Below are positions 50,239-58,885 of a DNA stretch of 64,000 nt, one piece after another (within the stretch, counting starts at the first letter, position 1; each line of letters starts with the position of its first letter). Position numbers and translations under genes: made by a program. This stretch comes from Oceanospirillum sp. (GTDB lineage: Bacteria > Pseudomonadota > Gammaproteobacteria > Pseudomonadales > Halomonadaceae). Under the pieces are notes generated by a model that worked only from the letters and a program-made list of their open reading frames with translations, ran no database searches and had not been told where the DNA came from. The stretch is from contig JBLWVL010000002.1 of NCBI GenBank assembly GCA_048268485.1, positions 64,665-128,664 of the forward strand, given 5' to 3'.

Positions 50239-51333
50239 TTATTCTTCATCAGCCATCAGGGCCTGCAGATCGACAGGAACTTTATCACTATCAAGTAACC
50301 GGGCAAATGCCGCCACATCAACAAGGGCACACATATGATCCACCACTGTACCTGCTAGCCACGGTCTTCTGCCTAAAGATGTGCGCCATCTCACTTCACT
50401 AGGGTCCAACGAAATTGCTTCTGCAACTGTGTTACAGGCAAGTCCCCACTCACTGTTATGGATGCGAATAGCGAACCCAAAATCAGGTTTATGCTTGTCA
50501 TCGATATGCTCAGGCATCACCCATTGAGCAGTATCAACAAGCCCTATATTCATATTATTAGTCCGAACAATTCCCAAAAACCAGCCTGGCTGCCCAAAAA
50601 GTGGGGTAGGCTCTTTCTCAAGCTTGTGGATACCACCTAACTCTGCCAATGGCACCGCAAGCTTTAATCCTTTTACGACAAAAAGCAGGCACTCGAAACG
50701 TCCTTGAGCCCAATCAGGACGGCCATTACTCCAGCCCTCATTTTCTTTACTCTCCAAAGATACGGCAGACTGATCAAGCTCTTGGTTCTCTTCCGATATC
50801 ACAGTTGCAATATCAGCAACAGGCTCACTGATATTGACCTCAACCTTTTTGGTTTCAATCTCAGCAGCCTGGATATCAACTTGAGGCTCGACTGAAGGCG
50901 CAACATTATTTTCTTCAGTATCTACTGCAACCTCAACTTTCGGTTCTGCCACCTTGAGCTCTGGCATGACAACCGGAGGCGTATCCTGAAAAACGGTCCC
51001 GGCAGGTTTCGACTCCTGAGACTCAGTAACCTTGTGTCGCTGACGAATCTCTGCGGCAACTTCTCGGGCGTATTCCCTTGCTGAAGGCGGAGCAAAAACA
51101 CGCGCCGGCGCATCTTCCGAAAAAGCGGCCTCACCATCCTCAGCAAGACTTTCAGCTCTGTAATCTGTGTCAATCTCAGGTGATTCTAAAGAAACTGCTT
51201 TCTCAGCCTGAGATTTTACCGCTGGCTCAGCTATAACTTCAGGCTCATCATACTCAGATACATCCTGAAGCAATGCCTCAAGATAGCCTTCAATAGCTTC
51301 CTGCGGAGATAAATCCTGAGAGTCGTGAGCCAT
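50239..51333 (-). CDS. parP: CheW-domain protein with a long acidic N-terminal region (ParP-like array-tethering protein)
   Basis: C-terminal CheW-like domain (FECLLFVVKGLKLAVPLAELGGI...WFLGIV). It lies immediately downstream of the ParA-like ATPase with a 1-nt gap. Confidence 0.7.
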   Translation of the reverse strand: MAHDSQDLSPQEAIEGYLEALLQDVSEYDEPEVIAEPAVKSQAEKAVSLESPEIDTDYRAESLAEDGEAAFSEDAPARVFAPPSAREYAREVAAEIRQRHKVTESQESKPAGTVFQDTPPVVMPELKVAEPKVEVAVDTEENNVAPSVEPQVDIQAAEIETKKVEVNISEPVADIATVISEENQELDQSAVSLESKENEGWSNGRPDWAQGRFECLLFVVKGLKLAVPLAELGGIHKLEKEPTPLFGQPGWFLGIVRTNNMNIGLVDTAQWVMPEHIDDKHKPDFGFAIRIHNSEWGLACNTVAEAISLDPSEVRWRTSLGRRPWLAGTVVDHMCALVDVAAFARLLDSDKVPVDLQALMADEE

Positions 51334-51334
51334 T

Positions 51335-52135
51335 TTACTGTGCCCCCGGTTTTTGTCTGTGGTCAGTTTGCTTCTCTAGGAGGTGTTTTAGCAACACATT
51401 GTAAGCATGCACACCTCTACTCTGCGCATCCAACATTGAAGGTGGCATCCCAGCCATACTTGCATCACGGAACTTAGTATCAACCGGAATCATAGAATTC
51501 CAGATATTATCCGGGTACGTATTGCGCAGCAGACGAAGACTCTGGACAGAAGCCTGTGTTCGGCGATCATACAGTGTCGGTACAACTGTGTAAGGCAGCT
51601 CATTTTTACGCGCACGAGTGACCATACTCAGAGTCCGCATCATACGCTCAAGCCCCTTAATAGCCAGGAACTCGGTTTGTACAGGAATAATAAGGTGCTG
51701 GGCTGAAGCAAGAGCATTAATCATCAATAAGCCAAGCACAGGAGGGCTGTCAATCAGAACATAGTCAAAGCGATTCCAGAGTAAAGCTAAGGCACGGGAT
51801 ATCACCAGTCCCATCCCTCCCTGAGAACTCACCTGACGCTCCAAAGTTGCCAGCGCAGTGGAGGCAGGAATAAGCTTCAGGCGGTCATGACCAGTATCCA
51901 TTAACAGGCTTTCCGGCAAATCAGGCGGAATATCTTTACCCTGTTGAAACAGGTCGTACGCACTTCTTTGAAGGCCATCGGGATCATATTTAAAATAACT
52001 GGTCAGAGAACCATGCGGATCCAAATCGAGCAGCAGCACCTGGTGCCCCTGGTCTGCCAATAGGCCACCGAGGGTTACAGTTGATGTCGTTTTACCGACG
52101 CCACCTTTCTGATTGGCAACTGCCCAAACATGCAT
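51335..52135 (-). CDS. parC: ParA/MinD-family ATPase of the chemotaxis cluster (ParC-like)
   Basis: The deviant Walker A NQKGGVGKTT starts at residue 8, followed by LLLDLDPHGS. It sits between cheB and the CheW-domain gene, as in Vibrio. Confidence 0.75.
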   Translation of the reverse strand: MHVWAVANQKGGVGKTTSTVTLGGLLADQGHQVLLLDLDPHGSLTSYFKYDPDGLQRSAYDLFQQGKDIPPDLPESLLMDTGHDRLKLIPASTALATLERQVSSQGGMGLVISRALALLWNRFDYVLIDSPPVLGLLMINALASAQHLIIPVQTEFLAIKGLERMMRTLSMVTRARKNELPYTVVPTLYDRRTQASVQSLRLLRNTYPDNIWNSMIPVDTKFRDASMAGMPPSMLDAQSRGVHAYNVLLKHLLEKQTDHRQKPGAQ

Positions 52136-52183
52136 GAAAGTATCCCTTATATGCCAGTTATTATTGCTTTAATTATTTCAGTC

Positions 52184-53308
52184 TTACCGTGATACATCAG
52201 TCGACAAGCGATACCCGATATCACTCAGATTAAGCACTTCATCAGATAAACCAGCCTTCGCCACGGCCATAGGCATACCATATATAACAGAGCTATCTTC
52301 GTCCTGGGACCATATTGTTGCTCCATGCTCTTTCAGCATGCGACAACCATCGCGCCCGTCAGCTCCCATTCCTGTCATGATAACCCCAAGAATATTCCCT
52401 TTTACAGCATTTGCTGCAGAGCCAAAGGTGACATCAACACAAGGCTTGTAGTTTAAGCGTTCATCTCCCGATAAGATACGGACACTACTACCACGCTTAT
52501 CAACAACCATCTGCTTACCGCCAGGCGCCAATAAAGCTAAGCCAGGTTTTAACACGTCACCATCCTGGGCTTCTTTTACCTTAATCTTGCACAAGCCATT
52601 CAGGCGTTCAGCAAATGCTCCTGTAAATGCAGCAGGCATATGTTGAACCAGAAGTAACGGCGCTGGAAAATTTTCAGGCAATTGCGCTAAAACAGTTTGC
52701 AAAGCCATTGGCCCACCAGTAGAGGTACCAATAACAACCAGATCAAAGTGCCTTGGCTGCGGCTTACTACTTTTTACAGGTGCAACCCGTTTTGGTGTTT
52801 CAACCTGTCCCGGCGCAGAAGATGGCTTAGTTGCAGGTCGGGCAGAACTGAGTGAACTTCGGCGCTCAGGCCTGGCAATATGCCTTGCAGAAGGAGCCAA
52901 AGCTCCCCGCTTACTACGCGATACCTCAATTACTTTTTCACAAAGTGCTTTAGCTAACTCATCAGGTCGCCGGGATATGTCTTCAAAGTTTTTCGGCAGG
53001 TAGTCTACAGCACCAGCTTCAAGCGCACCCAGCGTGATTCTTGCGCCTTCATGGGTAAGAGAAGAAAACATAAGTACCGGCACAGGAGCTTTTTGCATGA
53101 TTTCACGCACAGCTGAGATGCCATCCAGTACCGGCATTTCATAATCCATAGTGATAACATCAGGCTTAAGCTCAATTGCCTTTTCAACAGCCTCACGGCC
53201 GTTGCTTGCGGTTCCAATCGGTTTAATGCGAGCATCGGTGCTTAACAGTTCACAAACTCGACGTCGAAAAAAACCAGAATCATCAACCACTAAAACCGTT
53301 ATTGGCAT
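52184..53308 (-). CDS. cheB: Chemotaxis response regulator protein-glutamate methylesterase
   Basis: REC domain (VLVVDDS...) plus a methylesterase domain (GTSTGGP, HMP, GMGADG). Confidence 0.95.
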   Translation of the reverse strand: MPITVLVVDDSGFFRRRVCELLSTDARIKPIGTASNGREAVEKAIELKPDVITMDYEMPVLDGISAVREIMQKAPVPVLMFSSLTHEGARITLGALEAGAVDYLPKNFEDISRRPDELAKALCEKVIEVSRSKRGALAPSARHIARPERRSSLSSARPATKPSSAPGQVETPKRVAPVKSSKPQPRHFDLVVIGTSTGGPMALQTVLAQLPENFPAPLLLVQHMPAAFTGAFAERLNGLCKIKVKEAQDGDVLKPGLALLAPGGKQMVVDKRGSSVRILSGDERLNYKPCVDVTFGSAANAVKGNILGVIMTGMGADGRDGCRMLKEHGATIWSQDEDSSVIYGMPMAVAKAGLSDEVLNLSDIGYRLSTDVSR

Positions 53309-53326
53309 ATCAGGTCCTTAAACCCC

Positions 53327-55483
53327 TTATCGCGCACTTTTGGCATAATGCTTGAGTACTCCCGGAATATCCAGAATCAGAGCAATACGGCCATCACCTG
53401 TAATTGTAGCACCTGCCATACCCGGAGTTCCGTGCAGCATTTCACCCAGAGGTTTAATTACAACCTCTTCCTGGCCTATTAGCTGATCAACAACGAAACC
53501 TACTTTCTGAGTACCAACGGACACAACAACAACATGAGCATTTTTAAGTTCACGACTCACATCAGAACCCTGTACCAGCCACTCTTTCAGATAGAACAGG
53601 GGTAACGTTTTTTCACGAATGACCAAAACTTCCTGGCCATCAACAATATTAGCGCGGGAAATATCGAGCTGAAAAATCTCGTTCACATTGACCAACGGCA
53701 GCGCAAAAGTCTGCTGGCCCAGCATAACCATAAGAGTTGGCATAATTGCCAGGGTCAGAGGTACCTTAATAATAATCTTGGAACCTTTACCCTCTTCTGA
53801 CCAGACATTGATAGTACCATTCAATTGTGAAATTTTAGTTTTCACAACATCCATGCCAACCCCACGGCCGGATACATCCGATATCTCTTCTTTGGTAGAA
53901 AGGCCCGCTGCAAAAATCAGGTTAAAGGCTTCCTGGTCGGTGAGACGGTCTGCTGCATCCTGGTCCAGCTGACCTTTTTCCACTGCCTTGTTTCGCAAGA
54001 CCTGAGGGTTCATACCAGCGCCATCATCACTGATAGTAAGCAGAATATGATCCCCTTCCTGTTCCGCTGACAGAACAACCTCTCCAACTCGCGGCTTGCC
54101 TTTTTGCTCGCGATCATCCGGGTTCTCAATACCATGATCAACCGCGTTACGCACCAAGTGAATTAGTGGGTCAGCGAGTGCTTCAACAAGGTTTTTATCA
54201 AGATCCGTATCTTCGCCTATTAGCCGAAGATTAATTTCTTTTTTCAGTTTACGGGAGAGGTCACGTACAACCCTCGGAAAACGACCAAACACCTTCTTAA
54301 TCGGTTGCATCCGAGTCTTCATCACCGAGGTCTGAAGGTCAGCTGTAACAACATCAAGGTTTGATACTGCTTTAGCAACTTCAGAATCGGAGCTTTGACC
54401 ACCAAGACGAACCAAGCGATTGCGAACCAATACAAGTTCACCAACCATATTCATAATATCGTCAAGCCGGCTTGTATCGACACGAACTGTTGTTTCTGCC
54501 GCCGGTGCCGTTTCTTTCTTGGGTGCAACTTTTTTCTCGGCAGCAGGTGCAGGCGGCTTAGCCGGCACTGCAGCTTTTGGTGTTGCCACAGCCTTCTTAG
54601 GAGCGGAATCAGTACCTTTCTCAGGCTCCTTAGCAACCTCTTTACTTAAATCTGGCTGAGTAGGGGAGCTACTCTTGCCATGCAACTGATCAAGTAGGGC
54701 TTCGAATTCATCATCGGTGATAAGGTCATCACCGCCTTCGGCAGCAGGTGCTTTAGGTTTAGGCTCTTCAACGACTGGTGCAGGTGGTTTCCCTGAACCA
54801 TGCAGCTGATCCAAAAGAGCTTCAAATTCATCTTCTGTAATATCATCATCACCAGAAGCAGCGGCATCCAAAGGTGCTACGGCCTCAGGCGATGTACTGC
54901 CAGATACAGATGATGCTGCAGTTGGAGCTCCACCATCATGCAAAGCATCAAGAAGAGACTCAAACTCAGCATCAGTAATATCACCTTCAGCATCTTGAAC
55001 AGCCGAGATCGGCGGCTCTACTGGCTGCTCAGGTTCAGGCTCCGGCGCAGAAGCGGCTACTTCAGCCTCAGAAACAATATCTTCAGTTTCAGCCTCAGGT
55101 TTGGCAAAGAACTCTAGCTGCAAGATTAACTCAGGATCAGCGTTCTCTGGCATCTGTCCTGCACGGACTTCGTCAAACATTTCATTAACGGTATCCAGTG
55201 CACTAAGCACAGTATCCATCAATTCAGGCGTCACCGTCCTCTGATGCTTTCTTAAAGTATCAAAAACGTTTTCCGCAACGTGGCAACAATCAACCAAGGG
55301 TGTGAGCTGGAGGAAACCCGCACCACCTTTGACGGTATGAAACCCCCGAAAAATGGCATTCAGGAGATCAGGATCATCAGGAGACTGCTCCAGATCGACT
55401 AACTGCTCGGATAGTAACTCTAGGATTTCGCCTGCTTCAATTAAGAAATCCTGCAAAATATCCTGATCGACTTCAAAGCTCAT
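53327..55483 (-). CDS. cheA: Chemotaxis histidine kinase CheA
   Basis: Hpt (FRGFHTVKGGAG), dimerisation, HATPase (DDGAGM, GRGVGMD) and C-terminal CheW-like domains. The region between P1 and P3 is low-complexity with three repeats. Confidence 0.95.
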   Translation of the reverse strand: MSFEVDQDILQDFLIEAGEILELLSEQLVDLEQSPDDPDLLNAIFRGFHTVKGGAGFLQLTPLVDCCHVAENVFDTLRKHQRTVTPELMDTVLSALDTVNEMFDEVRAGQMPENADPELILQLEFFAKPEAETEDIVSEAEVAASAPEPEPEQPVEPPISAVQDAEGDITDAEFESLLDALHDGGAPTAASSVSGSTSPEAVAPLDAAASGDDDITEDEFEALLDQLHGSGKPPAPVVEEPKPKAPAAEGGDDLITDDEFEALLDQLHGKSSSPTQPDLSKEVAKEPEKGTDSAPKKAVATPKAAVPAKPPAPAAEKKVAPKKETAPAAETTVRVDTSRLDDIMNMVGELVLVRNRLVRLGGQSSDSEVAKAVSNLDVVTADLQTSVMKTRMQPIKKVFGRFPRVVRDLSRKLKKEINLRLIGEDTDLDKNLVEALADPLIHLVRNAVDHGIENPDDREQKGKPRVGEVVLSAEQEGDHILLTISDDGAGMNPQVLRNKAVEKGQLDQDAADRLTDQEAFNLIFAAGLSTKEEISDVSGRGVGMDVVKTKISQLNGTINVWSEEGKGSKIIIKVPLTLAIMPTLMVMLGQQTFALPLVNVNEIFQLDISRANIVDGQEVLVIREKTLPLFYLKEWLVQGSDVSRELKNAHVVVVSVGTQKVGFVVDQLIGQEEVVIKPLGEMLHGTPGMAGATITGDGRIALILDIPGVLKHYAKSAR

Positions 55484-55495
55484 CCATACTTCTCC

Positions 55496-56284
55496 TTAAA
55501 AGCCGAGACTCGACAGCAGGTCATCAACTTCATCCTGCCCGGAAACAACATCTTTCCGCTGTTCTGCATTAATAATCGGCCCTTCAGGAGCATGCGCTTC
55601 TTCAGTAATCCGATCACTCGTGTCACGCTGAATACCGGTAATCTGATCAACCTGACCTGCCATGCAAACCAAATTCACAAGATTTTCTTCTATTTCCTGC
55701 ACCAGAGTGATGACTTTAATCAGGACCTGACCTGTCAGGTCCTGATAACCCTGGGCCAAAAGAATCTCGTTAAAATTAGACGATAATGTACCTGCCTGGT
55801 CTTCGGCTTCCTTCAAAAAACCATCAATCTTACGGTACAGACTGCGAAATTCGTCAGGTTTCATCTCACGGCGGACAAGACGTGCCCAATCCTTGCGTAG
55901 CGACGAAGCCTGTTCGCTTAATCGCTCTGCGACTGGAGCACTTTCATCAACCTTGTCCATTGTCTGATTCGCAGCATCCTGGGTCATTCTAATGACGTAA
56001 TTAAGGCGATCCGTCGCATTTGCCATTTGAGACATTTTCTCAGAAGCAGGATTCCCAGCACCAACATCAATGTGGAAATTGGTAATAGCATCATGTAAAG
56101 CACGAGTCAGACGACCCACTTCCAGGTACAAATTTTTGTTTCGTTCGTCATTAATCCGCTGGATCAGATTCACGGCGTCACTAAGCTGACCGCTTTCTAC
56201 TTTCTCCAGAAGCTCAGAAGTACTTTCTTTCAGTATCTGCTCGAACTCACTAAATTGTTCTTCACCTGGGCTTTTCAGAGCCAT
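55496..56284 (-). CDS. cheZ: CheY-P phosphatase CheZ
   Basis: 262 aa with the QDLTGQ catalytic motif and a C-terminal CheY-binding peptide (DEVDDLLSSLGF). Confidence 0.9.
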   Translation of the reverse strand: MALKSPGEEQFSEFEQILKESTSELLEKVESGQLSDAVNLIQRINDERNKNLYLEVGRLTRALHDAITNFHIDVGAGNPASEKMSQMANATDRLNYVIRMTQDAANQTMDKVDESAPVAERLSEQASSLRKDWARLVRREMKPDEFRSLYRKIDGFLKEAEDQAGTLSSNFNEILLAQGYQDLTGQVLIKVITLVQEIEENLVNLVCMAGQVDQITGIQRDTSDRITEEAHAPEGPIINAEQRKDVVSGQDEVDDLLSSLGF

Positions 56285-56339
56285 AACCTGAAACCTTCTT
56301 CGTAATAAATGTCTTTTCTGGCCGCGTCAAAACAATAAT

Positions 56340-56741
56340 TTACTGTTGCTCAATACGCTCAAAAATTTTCTCAATCTTTTCTTTGAGAACAGCTGCAGTA
56401 AATGGTTTAACAATATAACCATTAACACCAGCCTGAGCGGCGGCAACAATCTGCTCGCGTTTTGCTTCCGCTGTAACCATGAGAATAGGCAGATCTTTTA
56501 ATTTAGGATCAGCACGACAAGTTTTGAGCAGGTCGAAACCTGTCATACCCGGCATATTCCAATCCGTTACCAAAAAATCAAAGTTGCCCGTTTCCAACAA
56601 AGGAATAGCGGTCAGACCATCATCTGCTTCATGCGTGTTAGTAAAACCTAAGTCACGAAGCAGGTTTTTGACAATCCGTCTCATGGTGGAAAAATCATCC
56701 ACAATGAGAATTTTCATATTCTTATCCAAGGCAACCTCCAC
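56340..56741 (-). CDS. cheY: Chemotaxis response regulator CheY
   Basis: [19 protein letters not shown]...VTDWNMPGM...AEAKREQI...GYIVKPF. Confidence 0.95.
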   Translation of the reverse strand: MEVALDKNMKILIVDDFSTMRRIVKNLLRDLGFTNTHEADDGLTAIPLLETGNFDFLVTDWNMPGMTGFDLLKTCRADPKLKDLPILMVTAEAKREQIVAAAQAGVNGYIVKPFTAAVLKEKIEKIFERIEQQ

Positions 56742-56803
56742 TCACCCAATTTGCCACTACTAGAATACTACAATTATTCATTTATCAAATATATATAATG
56801 TGA

Positions 56804-57532
56804 TTACTTCCACTCAGATAATCTTGATCTGAGCCGTAATGCAGCCTGACTGTGTATCTGGCTGACTCTTGACTCACTTACATTCAGGACTGAACCAATT
56901 TCTTTCAGATTAAGCCCCTCTGTGTAATACAGCGCCAAAACCATTTGCTCCCGCTCTGGCAAACCTGCTATCGCCTCTGCAAGTGCCTCCTGAAACGCAC
57001 CACCTTCTACGGCAGTTTCAGGTATAGGGGAGCTCTCATCCGGTAACTCAAAACTACTGTCTTCATTACCGGTAATTTCATCAAAACTGAATAGCTTAGT
57101 CCCTGCGGTGTCCTGGATATAGTGGTTATATTCTTCAACCGTAACACCCATCTCCTCAGCGATCTCATGATCTCTGGCATCTCTGCCCGTTCTGATCTCA
57201 ACTTGTTTAATTGCATCTGTGACACGGCGGCTATTACGATGCACTGAACGTGGAGCCCAATCATACCGGCGGACCTCATCCAACATCGCCCCACGAATCC
57301 GTATTGACGCATAGGTTTCAAAGCTGGCCCCCTTCGAATCATCAAATTTTTGCGATGCTTCGATCAGGCCTATCATCCCTGCCTGAATAAGGTCATCAAG
57401 CATAACAGTCTGAGGCAAGCGCCCCAGAAGGTGTTGAGCAACTTTTTTGACCAGAGGCGCATACTTCTCCACCAGATCACTTGCTACCATCCTACCTGCG
57501 TAGTACGTCCCCGAACTCATCACCAAAGCCAT
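56804..57532 (-). CDS. fliA: Flagellar sigma factor FliA (sigma-28)
   Basis: LVEKYAPLVKKVAQHL... regions 2-4 of the sigma-70 family. Start chosen at ATG 57532, which has GGAGG 9 nt upstream. The ORF-track start at 57757 overlaps flhF. Confidence 0.9.
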   Translation of the reverse strand: MALVMSSGTYYAGRMVASDLVEKYAPLVKKVAQHLLGRLPQTVMLDDLIQAGMIGLIEASQKFDDSKGASFETYASIRIRGAMLDEVRRYDWAPRSVHRNSRRVTDAIKQVEIRTGRDARDHEIAEEMGVTVEEYNHYIQDTAGTKLFSFDEITGNEDSSFELPDESSPIPETAVEGGAFQEALAEAIAGLPEREQMVLALYYTEGLNLKEIGSVLNVSESRVSQIHSQAALRLRSRLSEWK

Positions 57533-57551
57533 AGATAGTGACCTCCTGCCT

Positions 57552-58820
57552 CTATCGATCTGGGACTTCGTTAGTCTCAGAACTCTCCAGCAGCTCAAGA
57601 GCCTTGCTAAGCAAAATTCCTGAATCACCAACGCGAAGATCATCAGGTATTTTCTGCCCACTTGACAAATAAGCAAGAGGCAAACGATTGTCGGCAATAA
57701 GGCTGATAACCTCCCCACCACTACTGGCCTCATCAAGCTTCGTAACAACGCAGCCATTTAACCCATGATTTCTATAGGTATCATAAGTAGCCTGTAATAC
57801 CTGCTGCTGACTGGTTGCACTGAAAACCAAATATTTTCGAATACGCACAGATGCAGTTTCCAGCAGTGAAAACTGCTCCTGCATATTTGGATCTTGAACA
57901 CTCAGACCTGCAGTATCAATCAACACCAATGCCTTACTTTTCAAAGACTTAAGCGTAGCATCAAGCGTATTTTTCTCATCAACAACTCTTACAGGAACAC
58001 CCAAAATACGACCAAAAGTGCGCAACTGCTCGTATGCTGCAACCCGGTAACAATCAGTTGTAACAAGCGCAAGACCATCGGGCCCATATTTTAAAACATA
58101 TCGTGCTGCGAGCTTACCAATTGTTGTCGTCTTACCAACACCAGTCGGCCCCATCAAAGCGACAATGCCACCCTGATCAACAACATCAGATCCCGTTGTA
58201 AGAATGCCGGCCCGAATCTGCTCAACAGCTTCATCCCAGGCCGAAGAAAACTCAGCGTCGTCGGAAAGATCGGCAGACTCGACAATTCGCGCAGAGAAAT
58301 GCTCTGAAAGCCCCATGCGTCTGAGGCGTTTATACATCATTGCCTCAACCGGCTTACGCTCTGCTATTGAGTCTTTCATCTGCTCGCGGAGAAGTTCACG
58401 CAGCCCCTGAATCTCTGACTGCATCGCTCTCATCGCTGCATCTTCCGGACTTTGGCGCCGGGTTTTAGATTCAAGAGTATCAACCATAGCCTCAGCCTGA
58501 TCAAACTGACGCTCTTTAGCTTTAGCCTGAAAAGCATTCTCAAGACGCTCCGGGCTTTGCCCACCACCAGCATTCTCAATAACATCTTTCGCCTTAGCCA
58601 GCGCCCCAGCCAAAGAGTCCGTCAGCGCGTCACTATTTTCCGGATCAATACGCTCACTTGGCTCACGCAGAATACTGGCGTCGTAGTCGACAGCCGTTAC
58701 AATCTCAACACCACCAGCTACTTTGTTATTCGACAGAATAGCGGCGTCAGCACCAAACTCATCACGCACCAACTTCATGGCTTGACGCATATCAGGAGCA
58801 AAGAAACGTTTAACCTTCAT
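57552..58820 (-). CDS. flhF: Flagellar biosynthesis GTPase FlhF (SRP-type)
   Basis: N-terminal B domain (MKVKRFFAPDMRQAMKLVRDEFG) and an NG domain with GPTGVGKTTT, DTAG, TKLDE. Confidence 0.9.
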   Translation of the reverse strand: MKVKRFFAPDMRQAMKLVRDEFGADAAILSNNKVAGGVEIVTAVDYDASILREPSERIDPENSDALTDSLAGALAKAKDVIENAGGGQSPERLENAFQAKAKERQFDQAEAMVDTLESKTRRQSPEDAAMRAMQSEIQGLRELLREQMKDSIAERKPVEAMMYKRLRRMGLSEHFSARIVESADLSDDAEFSSAWDEAVEQIRAGILTTGSDVVDQGGIVALMGPTGVGKTTTIGKLAARYVLKYGPDGLALVTTDCYRVAAYEQLRTFGRILGVPVRVVDEKNTLDATLKSLKSKALVLIDTAGLSVQDPNMQEQFSLLETASVRIRKYLVFSATSQQQVLQATYDTYRNHGLNGCVVTKLDEASSGGEVISLIADNRLPLAYLSSGQKIPDDLRVGDSGILLSKALELLESSETNEVPDR

Positions 58821-58885
58821 AAATCCCCGTATCCTTCGTTATTCTCGTAGCCATGGAGCATATCCCAACCACATAAAAGACAAGT

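Noticed and set aside
51335-52135. The ParA-like ATPase as a relocated flhG/fleN
   Set aside because: The Walker A starts at residue 8, so there is no N-terminal FlhF-activating segment. The context (cheB on one side, a CheW-domain gene on the other) is that of ParC.
57533-57757. Long N-terminal extension of the fliA ORF
   Set aside because: It overlaps the flhF C-terminus in another frame. The GGAGG-ATG start at 57532 gives a normal ~243-aa sigma-28.
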